Assembly (NCBI GenBank): GCA_963753975.1
Contig: CAVWEH010000005.1
Location: 416,001 to 480,000 of the forward strand
DNA length: 64,000 nt
Direction: 5' to 3'
Source of the DNA: an uncultured delta proteobacterium
GTDB taxonomy: Bacteria; Desulfobacterota; Syntrophia; Syntrophales; Smithellaceae
Numbering within the stretch: position 1 is the first letter of the stretch; every line of letters starts with the position of its first letter. The notes beneath the pieces were generated by a model that was not told where the DNA came from, made no database searches, and worked only from the letters and a program-made list of their open reading frames with translations. Made by a program: the position numbers and the translations under genes. Below, in pieces: positions 49,700 through 62,643 of the stretch.

Positions 49700-49787
49700 T
49701 GTTCCTTCCAATTATTTGAGAAAAGATGAAAAAATATACCATCTTTCAATGCTTTGCGAAAGATGAAAAAAGTACAAATAGCGGCAA

Positions 49788-50474
49788 CTATTTCAAAACG
49801 ATCAGGGCATCAACGACGACAGGCTTAGCTCCGGAAAGAATAACGGGATTGAGATCGATTTCCTGCACCTCTCCAATTTCCAGACCGATGCGTCCGACAT
49901 TAATGAGGATATGGGCAAGAATCTCCGTGTCGGCTGCTTCCATACCGCGGACAGCATCCAGAATTTTGTGTCCTTTAATCTCCCGCATCATTTTCAGAGC
50001 ATCATTTTTATTGAGCGGCGCTTTGCGAAAAGAAATATCCCTTAATATCTCCGTAAAAATTCCTCCCAGCCCGAACATCACGCAGGGACCAAACTGATCG
50101 TCGCGGGTTAAACCAATCACCAGTTCCCGTTTTCCATTAACCATCTCCTGCATTAAGACTGCGCCATCAAAGCCTTTCAGTCCGGCCATAATTTCGTCAA
50201 AAGCATTTCGCGCCTCTATAACAGTTCGAATGTCCATACGAATCAATCCTTTTTCGGTCTTGTGAGCGACAGCCGCCGAACAGCCCTTCATCACCAGAGG
50301 ATAGCCAATTTCTTCTGCGGCTTTTTGAACTTGAGTTTTATCTGTCAGAAGAATTTCGCGCGTAACCGGAATATCATAGAAAGCCAGCACTTGTTTGGAT
50401 TCGTATTCGGAAAGAGTCTTTCGCCCTTCCGTGAGAGCATTATTAATTATCCTGACGGCGGATTTATAATTCAT
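49788..50474 (-). CDS. ADP-forming acyl-CoA synthetase, beta (ATP-grasp) subunit
   Basis: LSEYESK, GYPLVMK, HKTEKG, FGPCVMFGLGGIF, EIDLNP. Confidence 0.9.
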   Translation of the reverse strand: MNYKSAVRIINNALTEGRKTLSEYESKQVLAFYDIPVTREILLTDKTQVQKAAEEIGYPLVMKGCSAAVAHKTEKGLIRMDIRTVIEARNAFDEIMAGLKGFDGAVLMQEMVNGKRELVIGLTRDDQFGPCVMFGLGGIFTEILRDISFRKAPLNKNDALKMMREIKGHKILDAVRGMEAADTEILAHILINVGRIGLEIGEVQEIDLNPVILSGAKPVVVDALIVLK

Positions 50475-51954
50475 TATCAGCGTTCCTTTGCGCAAAGTAA
50501 TCATTCATATGGCCGATGGCCCGCAGGGCTTCAGGAAGTTCGTCAAATACCGGGAGACCTCTCTCCAGAAATTCACGCCGGGCCAGCACTAGCATTTCAG
50601 CGATATCCAAATCATCCCATCCTTTTTTCGGGTTGGGCAAAACGACAACCACCGGCTTACCCGTAATCTTGACCACATCGCGAATGGCGTCGGCCAGCTC
50701 CCGAAAGGGAACAACCTCGGCAACCTTTAAACCCATGGCTGTTGCCATTGTCTTGTAATGGTAAAGAAGAGAGATGATGATTTGCAGATCAACGCGGCTG
50801 TCTTTGCCTGCCTGAAGGAGAATTTCTTTGAGCGTCTGCGGCGGGACAAAGGGATTGGCGACATCAATGGGATTGATAGCGCTGGAACCGGGTTTAGGCA
50901 GAAACTTGCCGATGCTCTCTTGCTGTTCGGCACTGAAAGGCGGCATTTCGATACCCAGAGCTTCAGCAGCATCGCCGGCGCCGACTCCCAGAGCACCACC
51001 GCCGCCGACGACAGAGATTCTTTTAAAAACTCCCGGCGGCAGTAAAGAAAAAGCCAGAGCGGCTTCGGCGAGTTCATTCAGATCCTGTACCCGGATAGCG
51101 TTTACCTGCTGCAGAACGGATTGCCAGATTATACGGATTCCTCCCATCGAAGCCGTATGGCTGGCAACACTCCTGCCACCAACCTTAGAGAGCCCGCCCT
51201 TACAGACGATAACCGGTTTCTTCTTTGCGGCATATTTTATGGACTCGAAGAAGGCATCGCCGTCTTTGATGCCTTCGATATACATACCGATCACTTTTGT
51301 TTCGGGATCATCCGCCAGATATTGCAATAGTTCCGTTTCCCGCAAATCCGCGCCATTGCCGAAGCTGACCACCTTGCTAAACCGAATGCCCATCCATTTT
51401 CCCATATGGGCAAGGTCAATAGCCATGCCTCCGCTTTGAGAAAGAAAAGCCACAGACCCGGTTTGACGCGACAGATCCGGCCCCGGCAGCAATGTTAAAC
51501 CGCTTTGCGGGCAATAGATACCGAAACAATTCGGTCCCACCACCCGGATACCGGCCGCAGCGATTTGCTGAATTTTATTTTCCAGCTCTTTCCCCGCTTG
51601 CGTTCCAAGTTCGCTAAAACCGGCGGAGAGAATCTCGGCTCCTTCAATACCTTTCCGGCGGCAGCCTTCCAGCACTTCCGGCACCAGTTTTGCCGCAACG
51701 GTGATAATGGCAAAGTCGATTTTTCCCGGAATATCTTCCACCTGCCTGTAGATTGGCAATTCGTCTAAATTTCCGCCTTTGGGATTGATCGGAAATATTT
51801 TTCCCTCAAAGCCCATGGCCTTGAGGGCACGAAACATTCCACTGCCGAATCCCGCACGACCGTCTTCCGCAGAAACACCGATGATGGCAATGTTTTGCGG
51901 GTGAAATATTCTTTCAAAATCAGTGGGGATTGCCGGGGAAACAGTTTTTTTCAT
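50464..51954 (-). CDS. ADP-forming acyl-CoA synthetase, alpha (CoA-binding) subunit
   Basis: IAIIGVS, VGPNCFG, SQSGG, SFGNGADL, ASHTAS phospho-His, NPIDV. Confidence 0.9.
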   Translation of the reverse strand: MKKTVSPAIPTDFERIFHPQNIAIIGVSAEDGRAGFGSGMFRALKAMGFEGKIFPINPKGGNLDELPIYRQVEDIPGKIDFAIITVAAKLVPEVLEGCRRKGIEGAEILSAGFSELGTQAGKELENKIQQIAAAGIRVVGPNCFGIYCPQSGLTLLPGPDLSRQTGSVAFLSQSGGMAIDLAHMGKWMGIRFSKVVSFGNGADLRETELLQYLADDPETKVIGMYIEGIKDGDAFFESIKYAAKKKPVIVCKGGLSKVGGRSVASHTASMGGIRIIWQSVLQQVNAIRVQDLNELAEAALAFSLLPPGVFKRISVVGGGGALGVGAGDAAEALGIEMPPFSAEQQESIGKFLPKPGSSAINPIDVANPFVPPQTLKEILLQAGKDSRVDLQIIISLLYHYKTMATAMGLKVAEVVPFRELADAIRDVVKITGKPVVVVLPNPKKGWDDLDIAEMLVLARREFLERGLPVFDELPEALRAIGHMNDYFAQRNADNEL

Positions 51955-52061
51955 TATTGCAGTTTGTTGCCTTTCATTTTTATGACGAAAAGATAATCCG
52001 CCGGGCAAATGGGCGCGGTTATATGCACCATTGCAATCCCCAGCCGGGTTGAGTGGAAAAG

Positions 52062-53489
52062 CTATTTCATTTCCATACAAAATTTATCAATTTTTTCCGG
52101 GGGAGCGAGGGGGTAATCGCCGGTATAGCAGGCCAGGCAAAAGCAATCTTTATCCATGCCGGTTGCCTTAACCATGCCTTCTACCGTCAGGTAATGCAGG
52201 GAATCCAAACCGATGAATTCGGCAATGGCTTTTTCATTTCCCTTTTTCGCCGCGATCAGTTCTCCCTTAGATGAAAAGTCGATGCCGTAGGGACAAGGAT
52301 AAATTGTCGGTGGACAGCTAATCGCCATATGTATTTCCTTCATCTTTATTCCCCGCAAATTCTGCACACGATTGCGGCTGGTGGTTCCGCGAATTATGGA
52401 ATCTTCGACAATCAAAACTTTTTTCCCGGCCAGGAGCGGCTTTACGGGATTGAGTTTTACCCGCACACCAAAATCGCGCATCGGCTGGGTCGGTTGAATA
52501 AAGGTTCGGCCGACGTAATGATTACGAATCATACCCATCTCGAAAGTAATGCCGCTTTCTTCAGCGTATCCCAGGGCGGCATAGTTTCCCGAATCGGGAA
52601 AGGGCATAACAATATCCACTTTAGGTTTGTATTCACGCGCCAGTTCGTGCCCCAATCTTTTGCGGCATAAATAAACGTTCTGGCCGAAAATTTGGCTGTC
52701 GGGACGGGCAAAATAAATCAACTCGAAAATGCAGTGACATGATTTTACTTTGGGAAACGGTGTCAGACTTTTTAAACCATCTTTATCGATAATAATTATT
52801 TCACCGGGGCTGACATCACGAACATACTGCGCGCCCACCAGATCAAAAGCGCAGGTCTCGGAGGCAACAACCCAATTACCGTTTAGTTTTCCCAGGGCCA
52901 TCGGCCGGAATCCCCGCGGGTCGCGCGCGGCAATAATTTTGTCTCTCGTCAGCATGATGAGACAATAAGCACCTTCCACACGGGAGAGAGCGGCAGTCAA
53001 TGCTTGCTCCAAACCATTTTTTAAATGCGGCGCCATGAGATGAATGATTATTTCGCTGTCCATTGTGGATTGAAAAATAGAACCGCTGTTTTCCAGCTCT
53101 TCACGCAATTTTTGCGCGTTAATAATATTGCCGTTATGCGCCAAAGCATAATACTCATCAGCAAAATGCACCAAGAAGGGCTGGGCATTGGAAAGAGTGG
53201 AAGAACCGGTTGTGGAATAGCGGACATGCCCGATGGCCAGCTTACCCATAAGTTTTTGCAGAGTTGCTTCCTTGAACACCTCGGAAGCGAGCCCCATGCC
53301 CTTGTGTTCAAAAACGCTACAGCCATCGGAGCTCACGATGCCCGCTGATTCCTGCCCGCGATGTTGCAAAGCAAAAAGGCCAAAAAAAGTAATTCTCGCC
53401 GCATCGTCATGCCCATGAATGGCAAACAAACCGCATTCTTCGCGGGGATAGCTAAATTCACCTGATTTTTCTTCGGATAAAGACAACAT
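52062..53489 (-). CDS. purF: Amidophosphoribosyltransferase
   Basis: PREECG N-terminal Cys, LQHRGQESAG, GHVRYST, CIFELIYFARPDS, EDSIIRGTT. Confidence 0.96.
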   Translation of the reverse strand: MLSLSEEKSGEFSYPREECGLFAIHGHDDAARITFFGLFALQHRGQESAGIVSSDGCSVFEHKGMGLASEVFKEATLQKLMGKLAIGHVRYSTTGSSTLSNAQPFLVHFADEYYALAHNGNIINAQKLREELENSGSIFQSTMDSEIIIHLMAPHLKNGLEQALTAALSRVEGAYCLIMLTRDKIIAARDPRGFRPMALGKLNGNWVVASETCAFDLVGAQYVRDVSPGEIIIIDKDGLKSLTPFPKVKSCHCIFELIYFARPDSQIFGQNVYLCRKRLGHELAREYKPKVDIVMPFPDSGNYAALGYAEESGITFEMGMIRNHYVGRTFIQPTQPMRDFGVRVKLNPVKPLLAGKKVLIVEDSIIRGTTSRNRVQNLRGIKMKEIHMAISCPPTIYPCPYGIDFSSKGELIAAKKGNEKAIAEFIGLDSLHYLTVEGMVKATGMDKDCFCLACYTGDYPLAPPEKIDKFCMEMK

Positions 53490-53502
53490 ACAATTTCTCT
53501 TT

Positions 53503-56500
53503 CTATTTTTTTTGATATTCCTGCAATGAACAAACCTGCCAATTTTCTTCTTTTATTGCTGATACGGCTGCACACAGGGCGCGCGCGCCGGCGACGGTCG
53601 TAGTGTAAAGAATGTTATAAATCAGCGCGCCCCGCCTGATATGATAAGCATCCCGCGAAGATTTGCGGCCCATGCTGGTATTAATCACCATTTGGATATC
53701 GCCGTTTTTAATGTAGTCCACAATATGCGGCCGCCCCTCGCTGAGTTTAAAAACGACGCCGGCTTCAATGCCGTGATCCTTTAAGTATTTAGCCGTGCCT
53801 TTCGTAGCTATTATCTTAAAACCCATGTCCTGAAAAGATTCCGCCACTGATACAATCTTATCCTTATGATAATCATTAACGCTGATAAAGATAGTACCTT
53901 TTGTCGGCATTTTGAATCCTGCCGCCATTTGCGATTTGGCAAAGGCCAGACCAAAAGAGTGGTCTATCCCCATAACTTCGCCGGTGGATTTCATTTCCGG
54001 TCCCAGCAGAATATCCACATCCGGAAAACGATTAAAGGGGAAAACAGCTTCTTTGACGGAGATATATTTAGGTTCCGAAGCGGCAGTAAATCCCAACTCT
54101 TTTAGAGATTTACCCAGCATAACTTTGGTGGCGAGCTTGGCCAAAGGCACGCCAATCGCTTTGCTGACAAAAGGAATGGTGCGTGACGCACGGGGATTAA
54201 CCTCCAACACATACAACTTGCCGTCTTTAATGGCATACTGAATATTCATGAGGCCGACGACATTCAATTCTTGCGCCAGCATTTTTGTCTGCTTTTTAAT
54301 CAGTTCCAAAAGAGGAGCAGAAATGGTCATGGACGGCAAAATACAGGCGCTGTCCCCCGAATGGATTCCCGCTTCTTCGATATGTTCCATGATGCCGGCC
54401 ACAACCGTCGTTTCCCCGTCGCTGATCGCGTCTACGTCTATTTCTATGGCATCCTCTAAAAATTTATCAATCAAAATGGGGTGTTCGGGAGAAACAAGTA
54501 ACGCCCTTTCCATGAAGGAACTGAGAGTTTCCGGATCATATACTATCTCCATGGAACGGCCGCCCAGAACATAAGACGGCCGCACCAGCACCGGATAGCC
54601 GATGCGCGAGGCGGCCTGCAGTGCTTTTTCCACATCTCTGGCCGTATCATTATCAGGCTGATTCAGGTTCAGTTTCCGGACAATTTCCTGAAAACGGTCG
54701 CGATCCTCCGCCCGATCGATAGAATCGGGGGATGTTCCCATTATTTTTATTCCGGCCGCCTCCAGACCCTTGGCTAAATTAAGCGGCGTCTGGCCGCCAA
54801 ACTGAGCGATTACTCCTTCGGGTTTTTCCGTTTGTAAAATGTGTAAAACATCTTCCAGCGTTACCGGTTCAAAAAAGAGTTTGTCGGAAGTGTCATAATC
54901 TGTGCTGACTGTTTCCGGATTGGAATTGATCATGATGCTTTCGACACCTTCCTCGCGCAAGGCAAACGAAGCATGCACACAGCAGTAGTCAAATTCAATT
55001 CCCTGGCCGATACGATTGGGACCGCCGCCGATAATCGCCACTTTCCTTTTGGCGGACGGCCGCGTTTCATTTTCCGTTTCATAAGTCGAATAGTAATAAG
55101 GCGTATAGGCTTCGAATTCCGCCGCGCAGGTATCGACAAGCTTATATACCGGGGTGATTTTTTCCCGCTCGCGCCACTGACGAATTTGGAGCTCGGTCAT
55201 TTTCCAGAAAGAAGCCAGCGCCCTATCGGAAAAACCCATTTTCTTTGCTTCCCTGAGCAATTCCACCGATGGCGCAGAATTCTTGAGCTCATCTTCGGCA
55301 TTCACTATCTCTTGAATCTGATGCAAAAACCAGGGATCGATTTTGGTAAGCCGCTGTACTTCTTCTATATCCATACTGTTTTGTAAAGCTGCAGCAATGT
55401 AAAACAGCCTTAAAGAATTGGGTCTGAGAAGTTTGTTTTTTAGAAATTCGGTTTTATCCTTCAAATCAGCAGGCAGATTCTGATCAAGACTGAAGCGCCC
55501 GATTTCCAGGGAACGAATCGCTTTTTGCAGGGATTCTTTGAAAGTGCGGCCGATAGCCATGGTCTCGCCGACGGATTTCATGGAGGTAGTCAAGAAATCG
55601 TCCGCTTGAGGAAATTTTTCAAATGTCCAACGGGGAATTTTCACAACACAGTAATCTATCGTCGGCTCAAAAGAAGCCATCGTCTCGCGGGTAATGTCGT
55701 TGGGAATTTCGTCCAGCGTGTAGCCGACGGCAAGTTTTGCGGCTATTTTGGCGATAGGAAAGCCCGTGGCTTTCGAAGCGAGCGCCGACGAGCGCGAAAC
55801 ACGGGGATTCATTTCGATGACAACCAATTCACCGGTTTGTGGATGCACTGCAAACTGGACATTGGACCCGCCTGTTTCTACGCCTATTTCCCGCATAATG
55901 GCGATGGCGGCGTCCCGCATGATTTGATATTCTTTATCGGTCAGAGTTTGTGCCGGCGCAACGGTAATCGATTCACCGGTATGCACTCCCATTGAATCGA
56001 AATTTTCAATGGAACAAATAATGACGACATTATCGGCTTTGTCGCGCATCACTTCCAGTTCATATTCCTTCCATCCCAAAACCGATTCTTCAATCATAAC
56101 TTCGGAAATCATGCTCGCATCCAAGCCGCCTTTGGCTATTTCCATTAACTCCTTGCGGTTATAAGCCACACCGCTGCCGGTTCCGCCCAGTGTAAAGGAA
56201 GGCCGTATAATAAGAGGAAATCCAATTTCATCGCCAATTTTTAAAACATCACTGAGGGAGCGGGCAAAACCGCTCTTGGGTACTCGCAAGCCGATGTGCT
56301 CCATCGCATGCCGGAATTTTTCACGATCTTCCGCTTTATGGATAACGTTGAGCGACGCCCCGATCATTTCCACATTGTATTTTTTCAGCACGCCGGCCTC
56401 GGCTACCGCTACGGCTGTGTTCAATCCTGTTTGTCCGCCTAAAGTAGGGAGCAGCGCGTCCGGCCGCTCGCGGGCAATAATCTTTTCCACCGCTTCGGCT

Positions 56501-56709
56501 GTAATGGGTTCAATGTAGGTTCTATCAGCCATTTCCGGATCGGTCATGATCGTAGCCGGATTGCTGTTAATTAAAACAACCTTGTAGCCTTCTTCCCGCA
56601 AAGCTTTACAAGCTTGAGTCCCGGAGTAATCAAATTCACAGGCCTGGCTGATGATAATCGGCCCTGAGCCGATGAGGAGAATCTTTTTTAAATCTGTTCG
56701 TTTTGGCAT
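53503..56709 (-). CDS. carB: Carbamoyl-phosphate synthase large subunit
   Basis: [15 protein letters not shown], duplicated ATP-grasp domains, MGS domain. Confidence 0.98.
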   Translation of the reverse strand: MPKRTDLKKILLIGSGPIIISQACEFDYSGTQACKALREEGYKVVLINSNPATIMTDPEMADRTYIEPITAEAVEKIIARERPDALLPTLGGQTGLNTAVAVAEAGVLKKYNVEMIGASLNVIHKAEDREKFRHAMEHIGLRVPKSGFARSLSDVLKIGDEIGFPLIIRPSFTLGGTGSGVAYNRKELMEIAKGGLDASMISEVMIEESVLGWKEYELEVMRDKADNVVIICSIENFDSMGVHTGESITVAPAQTLTDKEYQIMRDAAIAIMREIGVETGGSNVQFAVHPQTGELVVIEMNPRVSRSSALASKATGFPIAKIAAKLAVGYTLDEIPNDITRETMASFEPTIDYCVVKIPRWTFEKFPQADDFLTTSMKSVGETMAIGRTFKESLQKAIRSLEIGRFSLDQNLPADLKDKTEFLKNKLLRPNSLRLFYIAAALQNSMDIEEVQRLTKIDPWFLHQIQEIVNAEDELKNSAPSVELLREAKKMGFSDRALASFWKMTELQIRQWREREKITPVYKLVDTCAAEFEAYTPYYYSTYETENETRPSAKRKVAIIGGGPNRIGQGIEFDYCCVHASFALREEGVESIMINSNPETVSTDYDTSDKLFFEPVTLEDVLHILQTEKPEGVIAQFGGQTPLNLAKGLEAAGIKIMGTSPDSIDRAEDRDRFQEIVRKLNLNQPDNDTARDVEKALQAASRIGYPVLVRPSYVLGGRSMEIVYDPETLSSFMERALLVSPEHPILIDKFLEDAIEIDVDAISDGETTVVAGIMEHIEEAGIHSGDSACILPSMTISAPLLELIKKQTKMLAQELNVVGLMNIQYAIKDGKLYVLEVNPRASRTIPFVSKAIGVPLAKLATKVMLGKSLKELGFTAASEPKYISVKEAVFPFNRFPDVDILLGPEMKSTGEVMGIDHSFGLAFAKSQMAAGFKMPTKGTIFISVNDYHKDKIVSVAESFQDMGFKIIATKGTAKYLKDHGIEAGVVFKLSEGRPHIVDYIKNGDIQMVINTSMGRKSSRDAYHIRRGALIYNILYTTTVAGARALCAAVSAIKEENWQVCSLQEYQKK

Positions 56710-56804
56710 ATGCTATAAATCATCTTACGTTCGGGGGCGAATTTCATTCTGCGATCTTTCTCAAATGTCTTAAAGATCTTTCTTCTCTTCCAGCCCCTCA
56801 CCCC

Positions 56805-56989
56805 GGCGATGTTATGGCGCATAGAGTTGCGAATGGAAGCTTTTCCCAGGGAACCCTATCTGCGCAACGAAACGTCCGCCGGGTCGTATGTTTGAGCGCC
56901 GGAAGCGCGAGTTTGCGAACCGGCAGTGGAGCAAGCAGATACGGGGTCGGAAAAAGATTTTGATCAGCGCTGTGCGCCGGCACATCGCC
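56805..56989. repeat. ~185-nt imperfect hairpin between guaA and carB
   Basis: GGCGATGT/ACATCGCC, GGCGCATAG/CTGTGCGCC and CCCTATCTGC/GCAGATACGGG paired arms. Confidence 0.6.
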
Positions 56990-56995
56990 TACCTC

Positions 56996-58528
56996 TCATT
57001 CCCACTCGATTGTGCTGGGCGGTTTGGAACTGATATCGTAAACAACACGGTTGACACCGCGCACTTCGTTAATAATGCGGTTGGAAATACGCGCCAGAAG
57101 ATCATGCGGCAAATGCGCCCAGTCGGCAGTCATAGCGTCCTCGCTGGTTACGGCGCGGATGGCCAGAATATTTTCGTAAGTACGCTCATCGCCCATTATC
57201 CCCACACTCTTCAGAGGGAGCAGGATGGCAAAAGACTGCCAAAGTTTGTAATAAAGTTTATTCGCGCGGATTTCTTCGAGCAGAATCGTATCCGCTTGGC
57301 GCAATACGGACAATCTCCGTGTTGTTACCTCACCGATGATGCGAATAGCCAGGCCGGGCCCCGGAAAGGGCTGCCGCCAGACGACATCATCGGCAAGACC
57401 CAGCTCTTTTCCCAGAAGCCGGACTTCATCTTTGAAAAGATGTTTGAGCGGCTCGATGAGCCGAAGGTTCATTTTTTTCGGCAGGCCCCCAACGTTATGG
57501 TGCGATTTGATGACGGCGCTGGGGCCGCCGAAAGCGGAGCGCGACTCGATTAAATCGGGATAAAGAGTCCCCTGCGCCAGAAATTTAACATTCTCGATTT
57601 TATGCGCTTCTTTGTCAAAAACCTCGATAAAAGTGCGGCCGATAATCTTCCGTTTCTTTTCCGGATCGGTTACCCCCTTCAATCGTTTAAGAAACAGCTT
57701 CCCGGAACGGGCAAAGCGCAAATTTATGCGTAAATACTTTTTTTTAAACATTTCTATTACACGTCCGGCTTCTCCTTCGCGCAAAACGCCGTTATCGACA
57801 AAAACGCAGGTTAAGTTTTCCCCTATGGCTCTGTGCAGCAAAACGGCGGCCACGGAAGAATCAACGCCACCGGAAAGGCCCAGGATTACTTTTTCCGAGC
57901 CAACCTGATTTTTAATATCCTCAATTGCGCGTTCAGCAAATGATTTCATCGACCAGGTTTTTTTACAGCCGCAGATGTTGAATAAAAAGTTCGCCAATAT
58001 TTTTTTGCCCGCGTGGGTATGGACAACTTCCGGATGGAATTGCAGACCATAAAAGCGGTTTTGGGAGTCTTCCGCCGCCGCGATAGGCGCATTTTCCGTG
58101 GAGGCGGTAACGACGAATCCGGCCGGCAGCCGGCCGATCTTGTCGCCATGGCTCATCCAGCATTGAGTTTTATCCTCGACGCCTTTAAGAATTCCCTGCT
58201 TCTTTGTTATCAAAAGTTCGGCAAAACCGTACTCCCGCTTTGCGGCACGCTCCACTTTCCCGCCTAAAGCGTCAACCATGTATTGAAGGCCGTAACAAAT
58301 GCCCAGCACCGGAATGCCAAGTTTGAAAATGCCGGTGTCCACGCGCGGTGCGCCTTTACTGTAGATGCTTGCGGGACCGCCCGAAAGAATTATTCCTTCC
58401 GGGTTTATGGCTTTGATTGCGGAAAGCGAAATACCAGGCGGCTCGATTTGACAATATACATGATTATCCCGCACGCGGCGGGCAATCAGCTGATTATACT
58501 GCGAGCCGAAATCGATTATTAAGATCAT
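56996..58528 (-). CDS. guaA: GMP synthase (glutamine-hydrolysing)
   Basis: [42 protein letters not shown]. Confidence 0.98.
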   Translation of the reverse strand: MILIIDFGSQYNQLIARRVRDNHVYCQIEPPGISLSAIKAINPEGIILSGGPASIYSKGAPRVDTGIFKLGIPVLGICYGLQYMVDALGGKVERAAKREYGFAELLITKKQGILKGVEDKTQCWMSHGDKIGRLPAGFVVTASTENAPIAAAEDSQNRFYGLQFHPEVVHTHAGKKILANFLFNICGCKKTWSMKSFAERAIEDIKNQVGSEKVILGLSGGVDSSVAAVLLHRAIGENLTCVFVDNGVLREGEAGRVIEMFKKKYLRINLRFARSGKLFLKRLKGVTDPEKKRKIIGRTFIEVFDKEAHKIENVKFLAQGTLYPDLIESRSAFGGPSAVIKSHHNVGGLPKKMNLRLIEPLKHLFKDEVRLLGKELGLADDVVWRQPFPGPGLAIRIIGEVTTRRLSVLRQADTILLEEIRANKLYYKLWQSFAILLPLKSVGIMGDERTYENILAIRAVTSEDAMTADWAHLPHDLLARISNRIINEVRGVNRVVYDISSKPPSTIEWE

Positions 58529-59667
58529 GCGGCTTTCCGCCTTTCTTCCCGCAGCATCCGGATAAACTCCTCAAATAAATAATCCGTATCATGCGGCCCG
58601 GGCGACGCTTCCGGATGGTATTGTACGCTCATCGTCAAAGGCATCTTCATACCTTCGGAGGTTGCATCGTTTAAGTTGCCAAAGGTTTCTTTCGCTTTAT
58701 TTTTTACCGATTCGGGCACAACAACGAAGCCATGATTCTGGGAAGTGATTTCAATCCGTCCGGTATCTATATTTTTTACCGGCTGATTGATGCCGTGATG
58801 GCCGAATTTCAACTTACAGGTATAACCGCCGATTGCCTGGCCGATTATTTGATGTCCCAAACAAATGCCGAATATGGGAAGCTTCCCGACCAGTGCGCGG
58901 GATGTCTCCACAATATAAGGCAGGGCCGCCGGATCGCCGGGACCGTTGGAAAGCAAAACTCCATCAGGCTGATAGGAAAGAACCTGCTTAGCCGAATAAA
59001 ATGCCGGTACAACAATGACTTGGCAACTCTTGTTTTCTAAAAGCCGTAAAATATTGTATTTAACGCCGCAATCGAGCACAACAACCCGCAATTTTTTGCC
59101 GGGCTTGGTAACGGGAATTTTACCTGTAAAGGCTTTGCCTTTCCTCCATAGATAGGGTTTGGTGCAGCTTACTTCGCGAACTAAATCACGTCCGACAAGT
59201 CCGGGATATGCCTTCACTCGCTGAAGAAGCAATTCAATATCTTTTGTTTTTGTGGAAATGATGCCTTTCATCGCGCCGGAAAGACGCAGGCGACGGGTCA
59301 GGGCACGGGTATCGATTCCCTCCAGGCCGATTTTCCCGTGTTGTTCCAGAAAAGATTTCAAGCTTTGACGCATCCGCCAATTGCTAGGATTAGACTGGTA
59401 TTCTTTAACGATGAATCCTTCCAGATGAATTCCAGACGATTCCATGTCCTCTTCATTAATGCCGTAATTGCCGACCAGAGGATAGGTCATTGTCACAATC
59501 TGCCCTTTATATGAAGGATCGGTAATGACTTCCTGATAGCCGGTCATACCCGTATTAAAAACGACCTCGCCCATGGTTTCGCCGCTTCCCGTGAAGGCGA
59601 AACCTTCAAAAACACCGCCGTCTTCCAAAACCAGCAAAGCTTTAGGCTCTCTATTTAACAGGGGCAT
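58525..59667 (-). CDS. carA: Carbamoyl-phosphate synthase small subunit
   Basis: [40 protein letters not shown]. Confidence 0.97.
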   Translation of the reverse strand: MPLLNREPKALLVLEDGGVFEGFAFTGSGETMGEVVFNTGMTGYQEVITDPSYKGQIVTMTYPLVGNYGINEEDMESSGIHLEGFIVKEYQSNPSNWRMRQSLKSFLEQHGKIGLEGIDTRALTRRLRLSGAMKGIISTKTKDIELLLQRVKAYPGLVGRDLVREVSCTKPYLWRKGKAFTGKIPVTKPGKKLRVVVLDCGVKYNILRLLENKSCQVIVVPAFYSAKQVLSYQPDGVLLSNGPGDPAALPYIVETSRALVGKLPIFGICLGHQIIGQAIGGYTCKLKFGHHGINQPVKNIDTGRIEITSQNHGFVVVPESVKNKAKETFGNLNDATSEGMKMPLTMSVQYHPEASPGPHDTDYLFEEFIRMLREERRKAA

Positions 59668-59843
59668 TTTTTTGCTTTACCTCCGGACAAAAACATCCTT
59701 CAGTGTTTCATCAACCGTTAAAGATTTTATGAGACCGAAAGGGGGTAGATCATTGGTTGCTGATAACAAGCAGTTCCCTTTCTTATACTTTACAGGCGGG
59801 AGGGTTCTAACTTTTTTTTCCGGCTACGTCAATCATTAAAGAT

Positions 59844-59871
59844 GTAGGGAACGGCCGCTACCGTTCCCTAC
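59844..59871. repeat. GTAG-type REP palindrome
   Basis: GTAGGGAACGG-CCGCTA-CCGTTCCCTAC. Confidence 0.6.
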
Positions 59872-59884
59872 CCACTTGTATCAT

Positions 59885-62056
59885 CTAACTAATAAAAAGC
59901 ATTTCCCAAAACTTAGGCAGCGGCCACAATTCATCATCCACCAAAACTTCAAGTTCATCGACGTATTCGCGAAGTCCATCCATTTTTGTTTTTACTTTGG
60001 CGCAAAGCATATCGGCTTTTTTTGCCTCGTCATGAATTGCAGATGCCGCTTCGACTTTGGAAAGAATTTCTTTATTAGTCGAATAGATTTTATTAATCAA
60101 TCCTACAATCTTTTTTAAAATTTCTATCTCTGCGGAGAGAGCAACCGATTTGCCCAGCGCGTCTTTTGTCGCATTCATGGCTTTGGCAAGTATTTTCTGA
60201 TATGCGGACGCGGCCGGAATTACCTGGCTCATGCAGATATTATTGAGGCATTTGACTTCTATCTCCAGATCTTTAATGTATTTCTCTATGTAGATCAAAT
60301 ATCTGGATTTGAGCTCGACTTTCGAAAGAACTTTATATTTTTCAAAGAGGTTCAGTGCCTTATCAGTAATCAGAGCTTTGAGCGCAACGGGTGAAGTTTT
60401 ATAATTCGGCAGCCCTCGTTTACCTGCTTCCGCTTCCCATTCTTTGGTATAGTTGTCGCCATTGAATAATACGGGCTTTATATCTTTGATCTCAGTTTTC
60501 AAAACCTCAAAGACGGCCTGATTAATATTTTTGACGTCTTTTGCTTTAATCTTTTCGGCCAGATAATCGAGACTTTCAGCAACGATAGTATTGAGTACTG
60601 TCGCGGGAAAAGAAATTGACTGCGATGAGCCGACAGCTCGGAACTCAAACTTATTGCCGGTAAACGCAAACGGCGACGTTCTGTTGCGATCAGTATTATC
60701 TTTGCTTACCAGCGGTAGTGAGGAAATCCCCAGATCGATAATTTCGGCGTTCGTGGCCTCGGTCACTATTCCTTTTTCAATGTTGGTCAGAATATTAGTG
60801 AGTTGATCGCCGAGAAATACGGAGATAATGGCAGGCGGCGCTTCGTTGGCGCCGAGCCGATGATCATTGGCATAAGTAGCAACTGATGCCCGGAGGATAT
60901 CAGCATTCTTATAGACGGCACGAACAGCGGCAATTAGAAAAACGAGAAATGCGATGTTATCATGAGGAGTTTTTCCGGGATTTAATAGATTGTTCCCGTT
61001 GTTGTCGGAAAGTGACCAATTAACATGCTTCCCTGATCCATTTATTTTCGCGAAAGGCTTTTCGTGGAGTAAACACGCAAGGTTATGTTTTTTCGCCACC
61101 GACTTCATTGTGTCCATAACGATTTGGTTATGATCGACTGCCAGGTTTGCTTCCTCAAATACGGGAGCAATTTCGAACTGGGAAGGTGCTACTTCATTGT
61201 GCCTGGTTTTGGCCGGAACGCCGAGTTTAAAGAGTTCCTCTTCCACATCGTGCATATACGAAGACATTCTTTCCTTGATGCTGCCGAAATATTGGTCTTC
61301 CAACTCCTGACCTTTAGCCGGAGGCGCTCCGACAATAGTTCGGCCGCCGAGCACGAGATCCTGGCGTTTGAAAAAATAATCCATATCAATCAAAAAATAT
61401 TCTTGTTCCGGACCCAAAGTAGCGTAAACCCTTTTAATATTTTTGTTGCCTAGGAGCTTCAGCATATTCAATGCGCTGATGTTGACCGCTCTATTCGATC
61501 TTAGTAGCGGTGTCTTCTTGTCCAGAGCCTCGCCCGTATAAGAAATAAAAGCGGTCGGAATGCACAGAGTTGTCGAAATGCCGTTTCTTCGAATAAAAGC
61601 GGGTGAAGACATGTCCCAGGCGGTGTAACCTCTCGCTTCAAATGTCGCCCGAATGCCGCCGGACGGGAAACTGGATGCATCAGGCTCACCTTGAACAAGC
61701 TGTTTACCGGAGAACCTCTCCACAACATCGCCGATTCCGGACGGATCGGCAAAGGCGTCGTGCTTCTCGGCTGTAATACCGGTCATCGGCTGGAACCAGT
61801 GAGCAAAATGAGTGGCTCCTTTTTCCAATGCCCATTCCTTCATGGCATGAGCAACGATATCCGCCGTCTCCAGATCCAAAATCTTGTCTTCATTGATCGC
61901 GTCCATTAGTTTTTTATATGCACTTTTCGGCAACTTCTCTTTCATTACCTTATAACTGAAAGTATCTTCGCCGTAGTATTCAGATACGGGAACGAATTTC
62001 TCTTTCTCGATTGAGTAGCTTCTTTCCGACGCGATCATTAGTCTTGTTTTTTTCAT
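59885..62056 (-). CDS. glnA: Glutamine synthetase type III
   Basis: [54 protein letters not shown]. Confidence 0.95.
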   Translation of the reverse strand: MKKTRLMIASERSYSIEKEKFVPVSEYYGEDTFSYKVMKEKLPKSAYKKLMDAINEDKILDLETADIVAHAMKEWALEKGATHFAHWFQPMTGITAEKHDAFADPSGIGDVVERFSGKQLVQGEPDASSFPSGGIRATFEARGYTAWDMSSPAFIRRNGISTTLCIPTAFISYTGEALDKKTPLLRSNRAVNISALNMLKLLGNKNIKRVYATLGPEQEYFLIDMDYFFKRQDLVLGGRTIVGAPPAKGQELEDQYFGSIKERMSSYMHDVEEELFKLGVPAKTRHNEVAPSQFEIAPVFEEANLAVDHNQIVMDTMKSVAKKHNLACLLHEKPFAKINGSGKHVNWSLSDNNGNNLLNPGKTPHDNIAFLVFLIAAVRAVYKNADILRASVATYANDHRLGANEAPPAIISVFLGDQLTNILTNIEKGIVTEATNAEIIDLGISSLPLVSKDNTDRNRTSPFAFTGNKFEFRAVGSSQSISFPATVLNTIVAESLDYLAEKIKAKDVKNINQAVFEVLKTEIKDIKPVLFNGDNYTKEWEAEAGKRGLPNYKTSPVALKALITDKALNLFEKYKVLSKVELKSRYLIYIEKYIKDLEIEVKCLNNICMSQVIPAASAYQKILAKAMNATKDALGKSVALSAEIEILKKIVGLINKIYSTNKEILSKVEAASAIHDEAKKADMLCAKVKTKMDGLREYVDELEVLVDDELWPLPKFWEMLFIS

Positions 62057-62153
62057 AATTTCTCCATTAATTTACTATAGTATTTTATAATTTATTCCAT
62101 CTATCAGGGCTCGGCGGCACCAAAAGTATCCCGAGCCTAAGTCAGTGAGATAG

Positions 62154-62169
62154 TGCGAAAAACATGCCG
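62154..62169 (-). promoter_or_regulatory. Sigma54 promoter for glnA
   Basis: CGGCATGTTTTTCGCA on the minus strand: GG-N10-GC. Confidence 0.6.
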
Positions 62170-62626
62170 TGTAAAGCGATCGTATTTATATCTCAGATCA
62201 ATTTGCATTCGTCAGCCCACCTTTGTTGAATATTGATAACATCCCGATACGTAGAGATATTCAATTAGTATGCGCACCTGCCCATAGTCAACAAAGGCCT
62301 TGAATCTTTAGTACCCGATGGATAAAATAAGATAATCAATAAAAAACAATTGATATTGATCGATCTTTACTATAAGTAAGACAAACTTTAACTTACTATA
62401 GCGAACAATATTGTGTTATCAATAGCGGAAAAAAAACATTATTGCAACAATTTATTCGGCGACTTTCTCTTGATTTGTCTTCCCGAACTTAATTGAATCA
62501 ATATGAAGTTTTTTTGTATCTTAGATGAATTATTTTTGTTGTTCTATGGTTGACATATTTAAACATTTCTCGGTTTCTATTGAATATGGAATCCATTTCG
62601 AGGTTATTGTTTATTCACAATTTTTG

Positions 62627-62643
62627 TTGGCACTTATATTGCT
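62627..62643 (+). promoter_or_regulatory. Sigma54 promoter for the FAD oxidoreductase
   Basis: TTGGCACTTATATTGCT matches TGGCAC-N5-TTGC. Confidence 0.8.
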
